From NCBI RefSeq assembly GCF_964213995.1, contig NC_135804.1, positions 116,312,001 to 116,376,000 on the forward strand: a stretch of 64,000 bases of DNA. Reading direction: 5' to 3'. The translations under genes and the position numbers were made by a program. Under the pieces are notes generated by a model. The model saw only the letters and a program-made list of their open reading frames with translations, was not told where the DNA came from and did not search any database. Shown here piece after piece: positions 62,889 to 64,000 of this stretch (position 1 is its first letter; each line of letters opens with the position of its first letter). The DNA comes from Mustelus asterias. Taxonomy: Eukaryota.

Positions 62889-64000
62889 GCTTTTTTCCTT
62901 CCGCGGAGGAGAAACAGGAGCATGTGACCCAACACTCCTTTTCTCCCTAAGACTCTGATAAATATACCCAATAAGATGGGATAGCACAGCCCTCATTCTT
63001 TATTAGGTGAGAATTTCCAGAATAAATGTTTTTAAGAGTTTACAAGGTGTCCCAGAATGCTTTCCGTTGTGCTTCAGAATTCCACTTCAAGCTTACAGCA
63101 ACAAGTGGAAAGTGAAATTTGACATATCTTTAAGTGGCAGTCAGTCCTCAGCAATCGCTTGTTTCCTTCTGTTCAGCTGGTCACTGTTGGGAAAGGTTAT
63201 TAACTGAAGTGTTTGTCACCAAAATGGTGTGAAGCCACTTTAATGGGTGCTAGCGGCAAATTTAGTTGTCAGTCAACACCTTAATAATCCACTGACTTCA
63301 ACTCCTTCAAGGTGGCACCTGGACCTAAACATGGCTAAACCAGCATTGCAGTTCATGACGGCTTCTTGCCCATCTCTTTGGAGCCTGAAATATTCAGTCA
63401 GAATAACCCTTAGTGTTTCTCCAAAGCAAAGAAGATGGATATAAAGTAAAATCACTCTGGTATCTCTCATGGGTCTTGTGGGAGAATTGTAGAACGTGCG
63501 GCAAAGAAGGAGGCCATCTGGCCCATCATGCCTTTGCTAGCTCTTTGAAAGAGCTTTCCAATTGGTCCCACTCCCCTCCCTTTTCCTATAGCCCAGCAAA
63601 TGCCTTTTTCAAGTTGTTAACCAAATCCCTTTCGAAAGTTATCATTGAAAATGCTTCCACCCCACTTTAGTGAGGCGATGGCATGTGATATTGTGACTGA
63701 ACTAGTAATCCAAGGTAAATGTGAGGACCTGGGTTTGAATCCCAACATAGCAGATGGTGAAATTTGGATTCAATTAAATAAAATAGAACTAGAAGCATAA
63801 TGATGACCATAAAACCATTGTCGATTGTTGTAAAAATCCATCTCGTCCTTTAGGGAAGGAATCTGCCATCCTTGTCTGGTCTACACATGATTATAGATCA
63901 CCAGCAATGTGGTTGACTCTTAAAGGGCCTAGAAAGTCACTCAACTGAAGGGCAATTAGGGATGCGCACATCCCATGAAATAAAAAATAACATCACAATT

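Noticed and set aside
32753-64000. Downstream protocadherin exons (CM3 RRVTF, CM1, CM2)
   Set aside because: No matching peptides recognised; they probably lie beyond the window, although a very short exon could have been missed.

Overview
Vertebrate genomic DNA, almost certainly from a shark or other elasmobranch, judged from HE1/V-SINE-like SINEs, HER1/CR1 LINE tails and DeuSINE relics. The only host gene is a delta-1 protocadherin, best matching PCDH11. It has a CpG-rich promoter and probable 5'UTR exon at ~28.4-29.1 kb and one ~3.2-kb exon (acceptor 29569/70, ATG 29681, donor 32734/5) encoding the signal peptide, 7 cadherin repeats, TM and proximal tail. Everything after that is a large intron in which no later exons were recognised. 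The rest is transposon-rich: V-SINEs with two different tails, CR1, Rex/Babar and Tx1-like LINE fragments, a fossil Harbinger with MITEs, and a probable solo LTR. The most unusual features are (1) three Penelope-like fold-back insertions (~160, ~265 and ~1070 bp) sharing an asymmetric tail and target-site duplications, one carrying intact minimal hammerhead ribozyme motifs on both strands, and (2) two local inverted duplications of non-coding DNA. Family assignments rest on recalled consensus motifs, not database searches. Repeat boundaries are approximate.
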